64,000 bases of DNA from Candidatus Undinarchaeales archaeon (GCA_030753015.1 JASMDC010000005.1:32001-96000); one strand, 5' to 3'; counted from the first letter of the stretch, positions 28,280 through 40,581 are shown. Translations and numbers: made by a program. Notes: generated from the sequence alone by a model not told the origin.

Positions 28280-28418
28280 TGCATGTCCTGCCGTCCAGTG
28301 ATAGCCGGTCGAAAACGGAGCCCGTAAAGGTTTTTAAACATAGGGACGTGGGAAAACAGTCCTCCGATTGCGGGATGTCAATAGGAGAATCAGCACGCCC
28401 GCATCTCTTGGTGGTGTC

Positions 28419-30035
<1,617 letters not shown>

Positions 30036-30098
30036 AGGATGGTTTTTTATTTTGATTCCATTTCATCCGGAACACACATTTGAAGGTGGGATGCGGAT

Positions 30099-30950
30099 AT
30101 GGAGATGAACGAAGTCAGTGTTATCGGTGCAGGAACGATGGGCCACGGTATCGCCCAGGTCATCGCCCAAGCAGGTTACAACGTAGTTCTCATAGACACA
30201 ACCGAGGACTTTGTTCAGGCAGGGATCGGTAGGATCACAAAGAACCTCAAGCGCAGGGTGGACAAGGGGAAGATGGCCCCCGAGAAGATGGACGAGGTCA
30301 TGGGCAGGATCAAGGGTTCTGTTGATATCTCGGATGCCTCCGGCTCCCAGCTCGTTGTCGAGGCGGTCGTCGAGAACCCTGCGGTCAAGAAGGAGATTTT
30401 TAGCAAGCTCAGCAACGTGACGAACAAGAACACGATCCTGGCGACGAACACCTCCTCCATCCCGATAACCGAGATCGCATCCTCGGCACTCCACCCGGAG
30501 AGGGTGGTAGGGATGCACTTCTTCAACCCCGTTCCTGTCATGAAGCTCGTGGAGGTTGTGAGGGGGGAGGCAACTGAGGATTGGGTCGTCGATGAGGTCA
30601 TCAAGGTAGTGGAGAATATGAACAAGGGGCCTGTTGAGGTGCTCGACTTCCCCGGATTCATCTCGAACCGGCTTCTCATGCCAATGATCAACGAGGCAGC
30701 CTTCGCGCTCATGGAGGGTGCCGCCAAGAAGGAAGCGATCGACAGTGTGATGAAGCTCGGCATGAACCACCCGATGGGACCTCTTGAGCTCGCGGACCTG
30801 ATCGGTCTTGATGTCTGCCTGTCCATCATGGAGGTGCTCCAAAATGGCTTCGGTGATCCGAAGTACAGGCCATGTCCCCTCCTGAGGAAGATGGTCGCGG
30901 CCGGCTACCTCGGCAGGAAGACGAAGAGAGGGTTCTATGAGTATGAATAG
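30099..30950 (+). CDS. hbd: 3-hydroxybutyryl/3-hydroxyacyl-CoA dehydrogenase
   Basis: GAGTMGHGIAQ, ATNTSS, GMHFFNP, PGFISNR, HPMGPL.LAD.IGLD. Confidence 0.93.
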   Translation: MEMNEVSVIGAGTMGHGIAQVIAQAGYNVVLIDTTEDFVQAGIGRITKNLKRRVDKGKMAPEKMDEVMGRIKGSVDISDASGSQLVVEAVVENPAVKKEIFSKLSNVTNKNTILATNTSSIPITEIASSALHPERVVGMHFFNPVPVMKLVEVVRGEATEDWVVDEVIKVVENMNKGPVEVLDFPGFISNRLLMPMINEAAFALMEGAAKKEAIDSVMKLGMNHPMGPLELADLIGLDVCLSIMEVLQNGFGDPKYRPCPLLRKMVAAGYLGRKTKRGFYEYE

Positions 30951-30982
30951 GTTAGTAGGCTGAATTACGAAAGGTGATGATT

Positions 30983-32185
30983 ATGAAGGATATCGAAAAG
31001 ACCCTGAGGGCGATGAATTTCTCGAAGGACGAGCTTGAGACATTCGAAATGGTCCTGGAGCTTGCCAAAGACTTTCATGATGAGATAGTGCCAAAGGCGG
31101 CCGGGTTCGAGGAAGAAGGGCTCAAGCTCGTCGATGGCAAGGTCATCATACCAAAGGGGATGGAGGAGATCTACAAGAAGATGGCCGAGTCAGGGATATT
31201 CGGTCTCTTCATAGATGAGAAGTACGGCGGGACCGGCCTGCCCTATCCCTTATACACCGCTGTCGTTGAGATCATCTCGAGAGCATGCCCTTGTATGGGT
31301 GTTGCCCTGGCCGTCCACGGCACCGCCATCGACTCCATCGTCGAGCTCGGCACCCAGACTGCAAAGGACCTGTACCTGCCCAAGATGGCGACCGGCGAAA
31401 TGGTGGGTGCGATAGCCTTCACCGAGGCCAATGCAGGATCGGATATCGGATCGATACGGATGAGCGCGGACCTCCAGGGCGACCACTATCTTCTGAACGG
31501 GTCCAAGCTGTTCATCACTAACGCCGGTATATCCGACGTATACACCATCCTTGCGGTGACGGACAAGGAGAAGGGCAAGAAAGGGCTCTCCGCCTTCGTG
31601 ATCGACATGGGGATCGAGGGCTTCAGTGTGTCGAGGCTGGAGCACAAGCTCGGTCTCACTGCTTCGCCCACCGGCGAGATCGTCCTCGAGAACTACAAGG
31701 TCCCGAAGGAGAACCTGCTCGGTGAGGAGGGCAGGGGCCTGAGCTACGTCCTGAGGGGTCTTTCCGGCGGCAGGATAGAGATCGCGGCACAGGCCGTCGG
31801 GATCGCCGAGGCAGCGCTTCGGGAATCAATCGCTTATACCAAGGAGCGCAAGCAGTTCGGGCAACCCATCTGCAAGTTCCAGGCCATCCAGTTCAAGCTC
31901 GCCGACATGGCGACGAGGATCTCCGCGGCTAGGAAGATGTACCTCCATGCAGCCTTCCTGAAGGACAGGAAGGAGGATTTCTTCACCGAGGCCTCAATGG
32001 CAAAGCTCTTCGCGTCGGAGATGTCGATCTGGGTAACGAATGAGGCAATCCAGATACACGGCGGCTACGGCTACACCAAGGAGTTCGGCGTGGAGAGGCA
32101 CTATAGGGACGCGAAGATCACAACGATATACGAGGGCACCTCGGAGATGCAGAGGATCATCATCTCGAGGGGCGTCCTGTCGTAG
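30983..32185 (+). CDS. Acyl-CoA dehydrogenase (short/branched-chain type)
   Basis: FTEANAGSD, NGSKLFITN, R.QFG, IHGGYGY, RDAKITTIYEGT. Confidence 0.93.
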   Translation: MKDIEKTLRAMNFSKDELETFEMVLELAKDFHDEIVPKAAGFEEEGLKLVDGKVIIPKGMEEIYKKMAESGIFGLFIDEKYGGTGLPYPLYTAVVEIISRACPCMGVALAVHGTAIDSIVELGTQTAKDLYLPKMATGEMVGAIAFTEANAGSDIGSIRMSADLQGDHYLLNGSKLFITNAGISDVYTILAVTDKEKGKKGLSAFVIDMGIEGFSVSRLEHKLGLTASPTGEIVLENYKVPKENLLGEEGRGLSYVLRGLSGGRIEIAAQAVGIAEAALRESIAYTKERKQFGQPICKFQAIQFKLADMATRISAARKMYLHAAFLKDRKEDFFTEASMAKLFASEMSIWVTNEAIQIHGGYGYTKEFGVERHYRDAKITTIYEGTSEMQRIIISRGVLS

Positions 32186-32365
32186 CTATCTAGGAAGTGC
32201 TGCATCAAGGGGAGTGGTAGGTCTTCCCAAACGTGGAACGCACCGATACTCCTTGGAGCGTTAGAGTGCACCCCCCAAGGTCCATCTCGAGGCCATAGGA
32301 CGGGATACAGACAGGTGCTTGGGGAGCTCACTCGATGACGTATCGCGCCCCCGGTTAAGACGCCC

Positions 32366-33313
32366 CTACCGGTCCAGGATCGGAACGGCCGGAATGAGCG
32401 GCTTGTAGATGCCCGCATGCACGATGCTGTACTTGAGGAGGAAGATGCCAACGATCTCCAGCAGGCCCGCAAGCCCGATGACCGTGGGCGACACAGCAGC
32501 CTGCGTGGCATAGAGCCCGATAAGGAAGGGGAGGACCAAGCCCACGGTGATGGCGCCGCCGTCGAATATCTGGGAGAACCGGCCGGACGTGAGGAAGACC
32601 ACGGACTCCCTCGACGCGCTCCCGCGGCCATATTCCCTTCCGAGATAGAAACCAACGAGCACTATGACGCCAAGGATGATCCTTGTCTCGTAGTCGGCCA
32701 GGGGACCGACGTCTATGGCGGTCTCTCCCGTTGCCTGCACGAGTATCATGGTCAGAGCGATCCCGCCCTCGAAGGACAGGATCACGAACAGCGGTATCAG
32801 CAGCTTCGAGTTCCAGAACGAGATCGCCCGTAGCGTGGAGAAGAGGAAGCCCGGATACACCACCACCAGCAGTGCCGACAGGAATGCGAGCGGCGGCGCA
32901 TTGTCCCGGATCGCTGGCCCGAGATCGGGGATCGAACCACCGACGATGGGCAGGAGGGGCGCCACCGAGAGGAACCCGAAGATGATGAAGGCGTTGGCGA
33001 ACATGAAGCCCCGACTGATCCAGGACGACTGGGGCCTGAGCATCGCTCCAATGAACCGCTCCGCCCTCCCCAGGAAGAACAGGTGGGGGAGGCCGTAGCC
33101 GATGAGGAAGGTGAGGAACCCGAGCATCATTCCCCTGCCGAATCCCACGAGATGCGACACCATGAACAGCCCGGGGCCGATGAGCCCGAAGAACATCGCG
33201 ATGTCGAGGAGGAGGCCGCGCGGCCCCATGTCCCCCTTGGCGGACCACTCCTTCTGGAACGTGTAGCCATCCACCGTCGTCTCGAGGAGCTTATTCATCG
33301 GTATTTTCTTCAT
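32366..33313 (-). CDS. NrfD/PsrC-family membrane anchor (PadD-like)
   Basis: About 8 TM helices; H...LGR.ERF....RPQSSWISRG and Y.GF....I.FWN motifs. Confidence 0.8.
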   Translation of the reverse strand: MKKIPMNKLLETTVDGYTFQKEWSAKGDMGPRGLLLDIAMFFGLIGPGLFMVSHLVGFGRGMMLGFLTFLIGYGLPHLFFLGRAERFIGAMLRPQSSWISRGFMFANAFIIFGFLSVAPLLPIVGGSIPDLGPAIRDNAPPLAFLSALLVVVYPGFLFSTLRAISFWNSKLLIPLFVILSFEGGIALTMILVQATGETAIDVGPLADYETRIILGVIVLVGFYLGREYGRGSASRESVVFLTSGRFSQIFDGGAITVGLVLPFLIGLYATQAAVSPTVIGLAGLLEIVGIFLLKYSIVHAGIYKPLIPAVPILDR

Positions 33314-33962
33314 CGTCTCCTTGCCTCCGGGGAAGGTAGTAGACCGAGGGGTCCGTTTCCATCTCGGGCAGCAGCTGGAAGCCGCCCCGCTCCTTGATCA
33401 GTTGCGATACCTTGCTGTCAGGATCGTCTAGATCACCGAACTCCATGGCGTTCGAGATGCACGCAAAGACGCAGAACGGCGTCGCGTCCAGATCGTCACC
33501 GGGTTTCAGGCCGTTGGCCAGGCCCTGATCGACCCTTTCCGCGCAGAAGTCGCACTTGTCGACGACGCCCACGTCGTGCTCGGGATATCTTCGCTGCTCC
33601 CACTTGGACGGTGAATCGAAGTAGGAGCGCTCGACCCCCCTGAACATCCTGGCGTTGTAGGGACATGCCATCATGCAGTACCTGCAGCCGATACAGTCGT
33701 CCTTGTTTATGACGACTATCCCGTCCTCGCGCTGCTCTGTGGCTCCTGAGGGGCAGACCTCGACGCACTGCGGATCCTTGCAGTTCATGCAGCGCTTCGG
33801 GATGTAGAGCCTCGTCACCTTCGGAAAGGTGCCGATCTCCTTCTCCACCACCGTGACCCTCTGGATCCTCGGGCCGAGGGCGTTCTCCACCTTGCAAGCA
33901 ACGGTGCAGGTCTGGCAGCCCGCACATTTCGTCAGGTCGATGACCATGCCCCAGCGGACCAC
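33291..33962 (-). CDS. Four-cluster Fe-S subunit (DmsB/NrfC, PadC-like)
   Basis: CAGCQTC..AC, CMNC..P.C..VCP, CIGCRYC..ACP, KCDFC, PFCV.AC. Confidence 0.92.
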   Translation of the reverse strand: MVRWGMVIDLTKCAGCQTCTVACKVENALGPRIQRVTVVEKEIGTFPKVTRLYIPKRCMNCKDPQCVEVCPSGATEQREDGIVVINKDDCIGCRYCMMACPYNARMFRGVERSYFDSPSKWEQRRYPEHDVGVVDKCDFCAERVDQGLANGLKPGDDLDATPFCVFACISNAMEFGDLDDPDSKVSQLIKERGGFQLLPEMETDPSVYYLPRRQGDDEENTDE

Positions 33963-33963
33963 T

Positions 33964-36681
33964 CTAGTCCACCTTCCTGTAGATCTTTACCTTTACGAGG
34001 TCCGCGGTGCTGCCACCTGCGTCCAGGAGCCCCAGGTCGGGCTTTGTAAGGACGTTGAGGTTGGGGATCCCGAGGTCCTTGGCGAACGGCGTGTTCCAGT
34101 TCCCGAACTGGCCGGTGAACACCACGGTGTCGGGTCTCACCCCTTGACGCGGGACCGCCCTGCCCACGCAGCTCCCGAACGGCGACTCGATGACGATCTT
34201 GTCGCCCTCGGCGATACCGCGTTCGGCTGCCATGGTGCTGTTGATGAGCGCGCCCTTGAATCCGGCAACGTGCTTGGCTGCCTCGGCCATAGCGGGTATG
34301 GCGGCGTTGCTCCCCCAGGCGTACTGCATGCTCCTGGTGTTGACTAGCCACAGGTTGAACTCCGCAGGATCCTTGCCGGCCTTGACGCAGGCCTCGTCCC
34401 ACGGCTTGGAGAAGTCCTCGCATTCCGGCAGGGCCTGGTACTCCTCCAGCTGCGGGTCCCACCAGTGGATGCCCTTGTCGTGCAGGCGCATTTCCAGCTC
34501 CTCGCCGATGATCCGGATCCTTTCCTGGAACGGGAACTCGTACCTCAGCCCCCATCGGACCATCACGGGATGCATGTAGTACCGGATCTGGGGATAGTCC
34601 ACCCCGTAGAAGCCGTGCTCCTTGAACCAATCGAGGCCGTGCTCGTCCTTCCCGTCGCTCAGGATCATGGTCGACGCCTTGCAGAGCCGGTCCCAGAGCT
34701 CCTCCTTCGTGTAGCTCTTCTTGGGATCGAGCTCGTAGTCGTATCCCGAACCCTTGAGCCTGAGGCCCAGGAGCATCCCCGCGTTGATTGCCTCGTTGTA
34801 GAGGTCGAGGATCCCGGTCCTCTCTGCGAGACCGGTGACGAGGTCCGTCATGTCGATGGAATTGACCACGGGCTCCACCGCCGGCTGTCTGAGCGCGAAT
34901 CCGTATGATTTCCAGAACGCCTCGGAGTGGATGGAGGGCCCGAACCGGAAGAGCTGGAGCCCCTCCAGGTCCGTGTGGTCCGGCAGGATTAGGTCCGCGA
35001 AGTGATTGGTCTCGTCCAGTGTGTAGCCGATCGAGACCATGAAGGGTAGCTCCGAAAGACGCTTGAGCACGAGATCGGTGTAGTACATGGATGCCCCCGG
35101 GTTGCCCCGGTAGACCATGAGGACCTCGGGCGGCTTGAACCTGGGCAGCTCCTTCTGGTCCGGGTCCATGGAGAACCAGGCCAGCGGGACGGGACCGAGG
35201 AAGGGCGACCATCCGGTGTTGGCAACGAGGGGGATGAGCTCCGTGTACATGGCCCGGCTCCGGGGTTCAGAGGGCCAGTTCTCCTTGTCGGTGGGATTGA
35301 ACGGGTAGGCCATGAACCCGTCCTTCCCCGGCCAGACGCTTGACCACCTGTCGTGGTGCGGTTTGTTCAACCTCTGGGACGCTCCGACGGTACCTCCTGG
35401 CACCTCGAGCGCGCCGAGGAGCGTGGCAAGAAGCGTCCTCGCCCAGCAGCACTGGTATCCTCCCGGGCCGTTGTTCACGGTCTTGCCCAGGGTGATCGCC
35501 ACCGGCCGGAACGGCAGCTGTTCGCCGGAGATCTCCACGGTCTCGCCCAGACAGGCGGCCTCGACAAGCTCGCGCGCGATCCTTCGTATGGTGTCCACTG
35601 GCAGGTCGCAGATCTCGGCGGCCCACTCGGGAGTGTAGGGCTTCATGTGATCGAGCACCAGCTGGAAGGCCGGTCGACACTCTGCGTCCTCGTATCTCTC
35701 GATCTTGTTGTCGGCCCCGATCTCGATCCCGGACGCCTTGTACGCTCCCTCGAGGGCGTAGCCCTTGATCGTGGGATCGTCGAAGGTCTTGGCGCTCTTG
35801 TCCACGGGATCCCACACCATGGGCTTCTCGCTCTTCTCGTCCCTGAGGTAGTAGCCTCCGGGCCCCACGAGGTACGGGCTGTTCGTCCTCTTCTCGATGA
35901 ACGGTACGTCACAGACCTCACGCCAGTCCATCTCCAGGAGGATCGCGTGGATCATTGCGTACATGAAGGGCGCGTCCGTCTTGGGGCGGATGGGGACCCA
36001 TTCGTCCGATGTCGTTGCGCTGATGGACAGGTGCGGTTCGACCTGGATCCTCTTGCAGCCCCGGTCCCGGGCCCAGGCATGGCGCATGACCCCGGCCACT
36101 CCGCCGCTGGCGTTGGTGTTGTGGCCGAAGGAGAGCACCAGTTTTGTCCTGGGAGTGTCGGATGCCGAGATGAATCCCCGGTGCCAAAGCTCACCGAACA
36201 GGTGCTCGGAGTGATAGCACTTGATCCCCTCGCCCGTTCCGATGGTGAAGTCGATGGCTCCCCACGCGGAGAAGAACGCCGGCATCGTCCCCGCATATGC
36301 CGTGGGCGCGGCGGCCTGGCCCATGATCACCGCAAACTTCGGCATACCGTCCTCGTCGGTGAGGCCATTCTCCCGTATCTTGTTCATCTTCCCCGCCAGC
36401 ATGTCCAGGGCCTCGTCCCAGGATATCTCCTTCCATCCCGGGTCCTCGTCCCTGCCCTTCTTCGGGTTAGTGCGCACCAACGGCGACTGGACACGTCCGG
36501 GGTGGTAGAGCTTCTGGACCAGACCGTAGGCTTTGACGCAGACCCTCCCCTCCGCGGGGCTGATGTCCTTGCAATCCAGGTTGGGCTCGATGCTCCTCAC
36601 TAGGCCGTCCTCGACCACCGCCTTGAACAGGTCGGGGCCGTTGTAGCATTGAAAACAATACGTCGGGAGCTTCTTCTTCAT
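33964..36681 (-). CDS. Mo/W-bisPGD oxidoreductase catalytic subunit, PadB (phenylacetyl-CoA:acceptor oxidoreductase)-like
   Basis: PTYCFQCYNGPD...CVKAYGLVQK, RTNPKKGRDEDPG, KCYHSEHL.GE.WHR recall PadB; no Tat signal seen. Confidence 0.8.
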   Translation of the reverse strand: MKKKLPTYCFQCYNGPDLFKAVVEDGLVRSIEPNLDCKDISPAEGRVCVKAYGLVQKLYHPGRVQSPLVRTNPKKGRDEDPGWKEISWDEALDMLAGKMNKIRENGLTDEDGMPKFAVIMGQAAAPTAYAGTMPAFFSAWGAIDFTIGTGEGIKCYHSEHLFGELWHRGFISASDTPRTKLVLSFGHNTNASGGVAGVMRHAWARDRGCKRIQVEPHLSISATTSDEWVPIRPKTDAPFMYAMIHAILLEMDWREVCDVPFIEKRTNSPYLVGPGGYYLRDEKSEKPMVWDPVDKSAKTFDDPTIKGYALEGAYKASGIEIGADNKIERYEDAECRPAFQLVLDHMKPYTPEWAAEICDLPVDTIRRIARELVEAACLGETVEISGEQLPFRPVAITLGKTVNNGPGGYQCCWARTLLATLLGALEVPGGTVGASQRLNKPHHDRWSSVWPGKDGFMAYPFNPTDKENWPSEPRSRAMYTELIPLVANTGWSPFLGPVPLAWFSMDPDQKELPRFKPPEVLMVYRGNPGASMYYTDLVLKRLSELPFMVSIGYTLDETNHFADLILPDHTDLEGLQLFRFGPSIHSEAFWKSYGFALRQPAVEPVVNSIDMTDLVTGLAERTGILDLYNEAINAGMLLGLRLKGSGYDYELDPKKSYTKEELWDRLCKASTMILSDGKDEHGLDWFKEHGFYGVDYPQIRYYMHPVMVRWGLRYEFPFQERIRIIGEELEMRLHDKGIHWWDPQLEEYQALPECEDFSKPWDEACVKAGKDPAEFNLWLVNTRSMQYAWGSNAAIPAMAEAAKHVAGFKGALINSTMAAERGIAEGDKIVIESPFGSCVGRAVPRQGVRPDTVVFTGQFGNWNTPFAKDLGIPNLNVLTKPDLGLLDAGGSTADLVKVKIYRKVD

Positions 36682-36709
36682 CGTTGCGTCACTCCATTCC
36701 TATTCTCGA

Positions 36710-37666
36710 TCATAGCCCGTGAAAGGGGCGGGGATTTCGTGCGTACTCGAGGATGTCCGCCATGTAGCCCATGAGACCTACCCTCAGCATCGCCCGGAGC
36801 CATGTGTCCCTCAGGAAGGGCGGTATTTCCTCGGCGGGTTTGCCCGAGCCATCCAGTACCCGGTCTCTTAGCGTCTCCACCAGCTGGTGGAACTCCAGGC
36901 CTTGGCTGAACAGCTCCTTGATATCGTTCCGAGTGTTCTCCACGGTGGTGATGTTCTGCTGGATGAATTTCTGGGGATCCTGCGTGGAGGCCTTCCCGAA
37001 GTGTGGCGTCAGGACCGTCTTGATGTCCAACTCCGAAAGACGTTTGAGTTCTGCAAGAATGAGCTTCGTTTGATAGATTGGGGGGCTTCCTGCCGGTATG
37101 AGAACGTCGGCCAGCTCGGGGTAGTGGAGGCAGAAGGTATCTCCCGTTATCACGGCGCTGCTTTCCTTTTCGTAGAGAGATATGTGATCGGTGGAATGCC
37201 CCGGGCTGTAGAACACCGTCAGTTTCTCCTTGCCGAGGTCGACTATGTCACCGTCGGATACGGGAAGGATCCTCGACCGCTCCACCCCCTCCACCTCGCC
37301 GAACCGGCTGGAGATTTCCGGGCTGAACACCGACTTGCCTCCGCCGGCGATCTTGGCCGGATTGCGGAGGTAGTATGAGCCGCGACCGTGGACCACGACC
37401 CGGGATTCGGGCGCGAGCCGGGCTAGCTCCCCGATGGCCCCTGCGTGGTCGATGTGGGTGTGGGTGGCGATGATATAGTCCAGTTTCCGGACATCGAACT
37501 CCAGCTCTTCGAGCCTGGCGAGCACCGTGGGGAGGGACGAGGGGAAGCCCGGGTCTATCAGGGCGGACCTCTCGCTCCCCTGTATCAGATAGGAGGCGAT
37601 AAGCCTCGGATTGCCGAATGCCTCGGTGTCGATCTGGTGGATGCCGGGTGCGACTTCTTCTGTCAA
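36710..37666 (-). CDS. Metallo-beta-lactamase-fold hydrolase
   Basis: THTHIDHAG, SPGHS, TGD, PHFG; TTG start with GAGGTGA RBS. Confidence 0.85.
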   Translation of the reverse strand: MTEEVAPGIHQIDTEAFGNPRLIASYLIQGSERSALIDPGFPSSLPTVLARLEELEFDVRKLDYIIATHTHIDHAGAIGELARLAPESRVVVHGRGSYYLRNPAKIAGGGKSVFSPEISSRFGEVEGVERSRILPVSDGDIVDLGKEKLTVFYSPGHSTDHISLYEKESSAVITGDTFCLHYPELADVLIPAGSPPIYQTKLILAELKRLSELDIKTVLTPHFGKASTQDPQKFIQQNITTVENTRNDIKELFSQGLEFHQLVETLRDRVLDGSGKPAEEIPPFLRDTWLRAMLRVGLMGYMADILEYARNPRPFHGL

Positions 37667-37996
37667 GGTCCTATCACCTCTGGGACGTATTCGATCCGAG
37701 CCTTCGGGGCAAGAGTAGGCCATGAATGTTATAAAATCAATGGATAACCGACTATTTACCCCTTGTCAATTACAATAGGGTCCATCCATAGTGCACTGCA
37801 CAGTAATTAAGTTATAATAGTTTGAAGTTCAAAGCGTCAGCCGGGTTTTTATACAAGTCTGAAGACTAAACTGAACGACCACTGAACCGAAGGAAAAAGG
37901 CAAACATCTGGAACGGCTCAGGATTCTCTCAAGCCCGCAGGATCGCTCAATCCGTCAACAATTTAACGATTTCATGTGGTTGAAGGTTTGATCACA

Positions 37997-39331
37997 ATGG
38001 TTTATTCCGATCATTTCAAAGGGATGGAAAAGGGATTCGACGTCCACCAGGCGGTGGCCGAGGCGAACAGGTGCCTTTTATGCCATGACCCTCCATGCTC
38101 ACGAGGATGTCCCGGAGGAACGGACCCAGGGACGTTCATACGAAAACTGAGGCTGCGCAACATCACCGGCGCGATCCGTACTATCAAGCAGAACAACATC
38201 CTCGGCGGCTCCTGCAGCGTCCTCTGCCCCACGGCACGGCTCTGTGAGGGGGAGTGCTGCGCAACGGATATCGACCGCCCCATCCAGATAGGTCGGATCC
38301 AGCGGTTCCTGGTCGAGCAGTCCTGGATCCAGGATGTCAAGTTCTTCGAGAAGGGCGAGGCCCGCGCAGGCAAGGTCGCTGTCGTCGGCTCCGGACCCGC
38401 GGGGCTGAGCTGTGCCGCAGAGGTCGCCAAGGGGGGATACCAAGTCACCGTGTTCGAATCACGTTCCGAGGTCGGAGGTGTCCTGAGATACGGCGTTCCA
38501 TCCCATAGATTGTCCACCACCATCCTCGAGAACGATCTCCGCTCACTCAGAGAACTGGGGGTGGAGTTCAGGTGCGATTCTCCCGTTCAGGGAGATGGGG
38601 CGGCAGAGGATCTGTTGAATCAGGGGTTCGATGCCGTCTTCCTTGCACCAGGCCTCTGGAAGCCTATTCGATTGAAAGAAGAGGACATCGAGGGGGTCTT
38701 CACGGCGACGGATTTCCTGTCATCCATGCGAGAGAAAAAGCTCGATGGACTAGCACCGTTCTTCTCGGGAAAGGATGTCGCCGTGATAGGCGGAGGATCC
38801 GTGGCGATCGACTGTGTCGAATCGGCACTAGAGCTCGGGGCACGGGACGTCTACCTGGTCTACAGGAGATCGTTCACCCAGATGCCGGCAGAAGAGGATG
38901 AGACGCTTTCGGCCCTGCGGGCCGGGATCCACTTCCTGCTCCTGAACCAGCCCGTCGATTACGTGACGGAGAACGACACCCTCAAGGGTATCAGGCTCGC
39001 AAGGACACAGCTCGGCGAGAAGGACGCTTCGGGCAGGAGGAGGCCGGTGGAAATCCCCGGCTCCGAATGGGTGCTCGCGATCGACGCCGTCATCGAGGCC
39101 ATCGGCTCACGGGCCGCGAACGATTCCCCCCAGTGGTATCCGTCCGTCAAGGTCAACAGCAAGAACCTCGTTGAGGTGGATAGGGAGACCGGTGCGACCT
39201 CCACTAAGGGGATCTTTGCCGGAGGCGATATCATCAACGGGCCCGCTCTCGTCATTGATGCCATCCGGGACGGGAAGGTTGCCGCGACGGCGATCAAAGG
39301 CTACCTGGAAACACTGGAGGTGTCAAAATGA
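37997..39331 (+). CDS. preT: Dihydropyrimidine dehydrogenase subunit PreT (GltD-like)
   Basis: EA.RCLLCHDPPC..GCP, G.GPAGLS.A, GGGSVA.D, GIFAGGD; coupled to preA. Confidence 0.88.
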   Translation: MVYSDHFKGMEKGFDVHQAVAEANRCLLCHDPPCSRGCPGGTDPGTFIRKLRLRNITGAIRTIKQNNILGGSCSVLCPTARLCEGECCATDIDRPIQIGRIQRFLVEQSWIQDVKFFEKGEARAGKVAVVGSGPAGLSCAAEVAKGGYQVTVFESRSEVGGVLRYGVPSHRLSTTILENDLRSLRELGVEFRCDSPVQGDGAAEDLLNQGFDAVFLAPGLWKPIRLKEEDIEGVFTATDFLSSMREKKLDGLAPFFSGKDVAVIGGGSVAIDCVESALELGARDVYLVYRRSFTQMPAEEDETLSALRAGIHFLLLNQPVDYVTENDTLKGIRLARTQLGEKDASGRRRPVEIPGSEWVLAIDAVIEAIGSRAANDSPQWYPSVKVNSKNLVEVDRETGATSTKGIFAGGDIINGPALVIDAIRDGKVAATAIKGYLETLEVSK

Positions 39332-40581
39332 GCGATGGCGTGGACCTGTCCGTGGAGTTCTGCGGACTGAGATTCAAGAACCCTTTCATGCTGTCCTCGT
39401 CTCCGGTGGCGAACAGCGCCGAGATGGTGGGCCGCGCCTTCGATGCCGGATGGGGCGGGGTCGCCTACAAGAGCGTGGTCACCGACAACATCCCCATCAT
39501 CCACCCTTCCCCACGGATGAAGGAATACGACTACGGCGAAAAGAAGCTGGTCGGCCTCCAGAACGTCGAGCAGACCTCGGACAGGGGCCTCGAGGCGAAC
39601 ATGAAGGACATCAGGTATCTCAAGAAGCACTGGCCGGACCACATCATCCTGGTCAGCATCATGGGCTTCTCGAACCAGGAGTGGGCCGATCTAGCGATCG
39701 CCTGCACGGATGCAGGAGCCGATATGCTGGAGCTCAACTTCTCGTGCCCCCACATGACCGTCGAGGGCTCGGGGGCGAAGGTCGGTCAGGTCCAGGAGCT
39801 GGTCCAGAAGTTCACAGAGACCGTGAACGACGTCACCGAGATTCCCCTGGTCGCGAAGATGACGCCCAACATCACCGATATCAACATCCCTGCGCTCTAT
39901 GCCAAGAAAGGCGGTGCCGATGCGATCTCCGCGATCAACACGGTAATGGCGCTCCCAGGGGTCAACATCGACACGTGGGTTCCCGATCCGGACGTCTTCG
40001 GAAAGGGATCGTTGAGCGGCTATTCGGGCCCCGCCGTCAAGCCCATCGGTCTGAGGTTCATCGCCGAGATGGCCCTCAACAAGGACCTCGGTCTTCCCAT
40101 CTCGGGGATGGGAGGCATCGAGACGTGGATCGATGTTCTGGAATACCTGCTGGTCGGCGCGACCACGGTCCAGGTGACCACGGGGATCATCCACTATGGG
40201 TACAGGATCGTCGAGGACATGGAGGAGGGCCTCTCCGATTACATGGTCTCGAAGGACATCAGCAGGGTATCCGATCTTATTGGGAAGGCTCTTCCCAACC
40301 TCCACGAGACCGACAAGTTCGATCTGAGCAGACAGGGGATCGCCGAGTATGATCTTGAGAAGTGCATCGGCTGCGGGCAGTGCTACATCGTGTGTACCGA
40401 TGCCGGCGGGCAGGCCCTGGAGTGGGATGAGGTGAAGAGAAGGCCGAAGCCCATCGAGGACAAGTGCCTGAGCTGCATGGTATGCAAGTTCGTCTGCCCG
40501 GTCGATGGGCTCATCTCGTTCAAGGAGATGCCATCCTCGTGGAAGAGGCGGGAGACCGTTACACTGGGTGACGACATATAA
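39328..40581 (+). CDS. preA: Dihydropyrimidine dehydrogenase subunit PreA
   Basis: NPF.LSS.P, ELNFSCPH, KMTPN, GYSGPAVKP, C-terminal 2x[4Fe-4S]. Confidence 0.92.
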   Translation: MSDGVDLSVEFCGLRFKNPFMLSSSPVANSAEMVGRAFDAGWGGVAYKSVVTDNIPIIHPSPRMKEYDYGEKKLVGLQNVEQTSDRGLEANMKDIRYLKKHWPDHIILVSIMGFSNQEWADLAIACTDAGADMLELNFSCPHMTVEGSGAKVGQVQELVQKFTETVNDVTEIPLVAKMTPNITDINIPALYAKKGGADAISAINTVMALPGVNIDTWVPDPDVFGKGSLSGYSGPAVKPIGLRFIAEMALNKDLGLPISGMGGIETWIDVLEYLLVGATTVQVTTGIIHYGYRIVEDMEEGLSDYMVSKDISRVSDLIGKALPNLHETDKFDLSRQGIAEYDLEKCIGCGQCYIVCTDAGGQALEWDEVKRRPKPIEDKCLSCMVCKFVCPVDGLISFKEMPSSWKRRETVTLGDDI

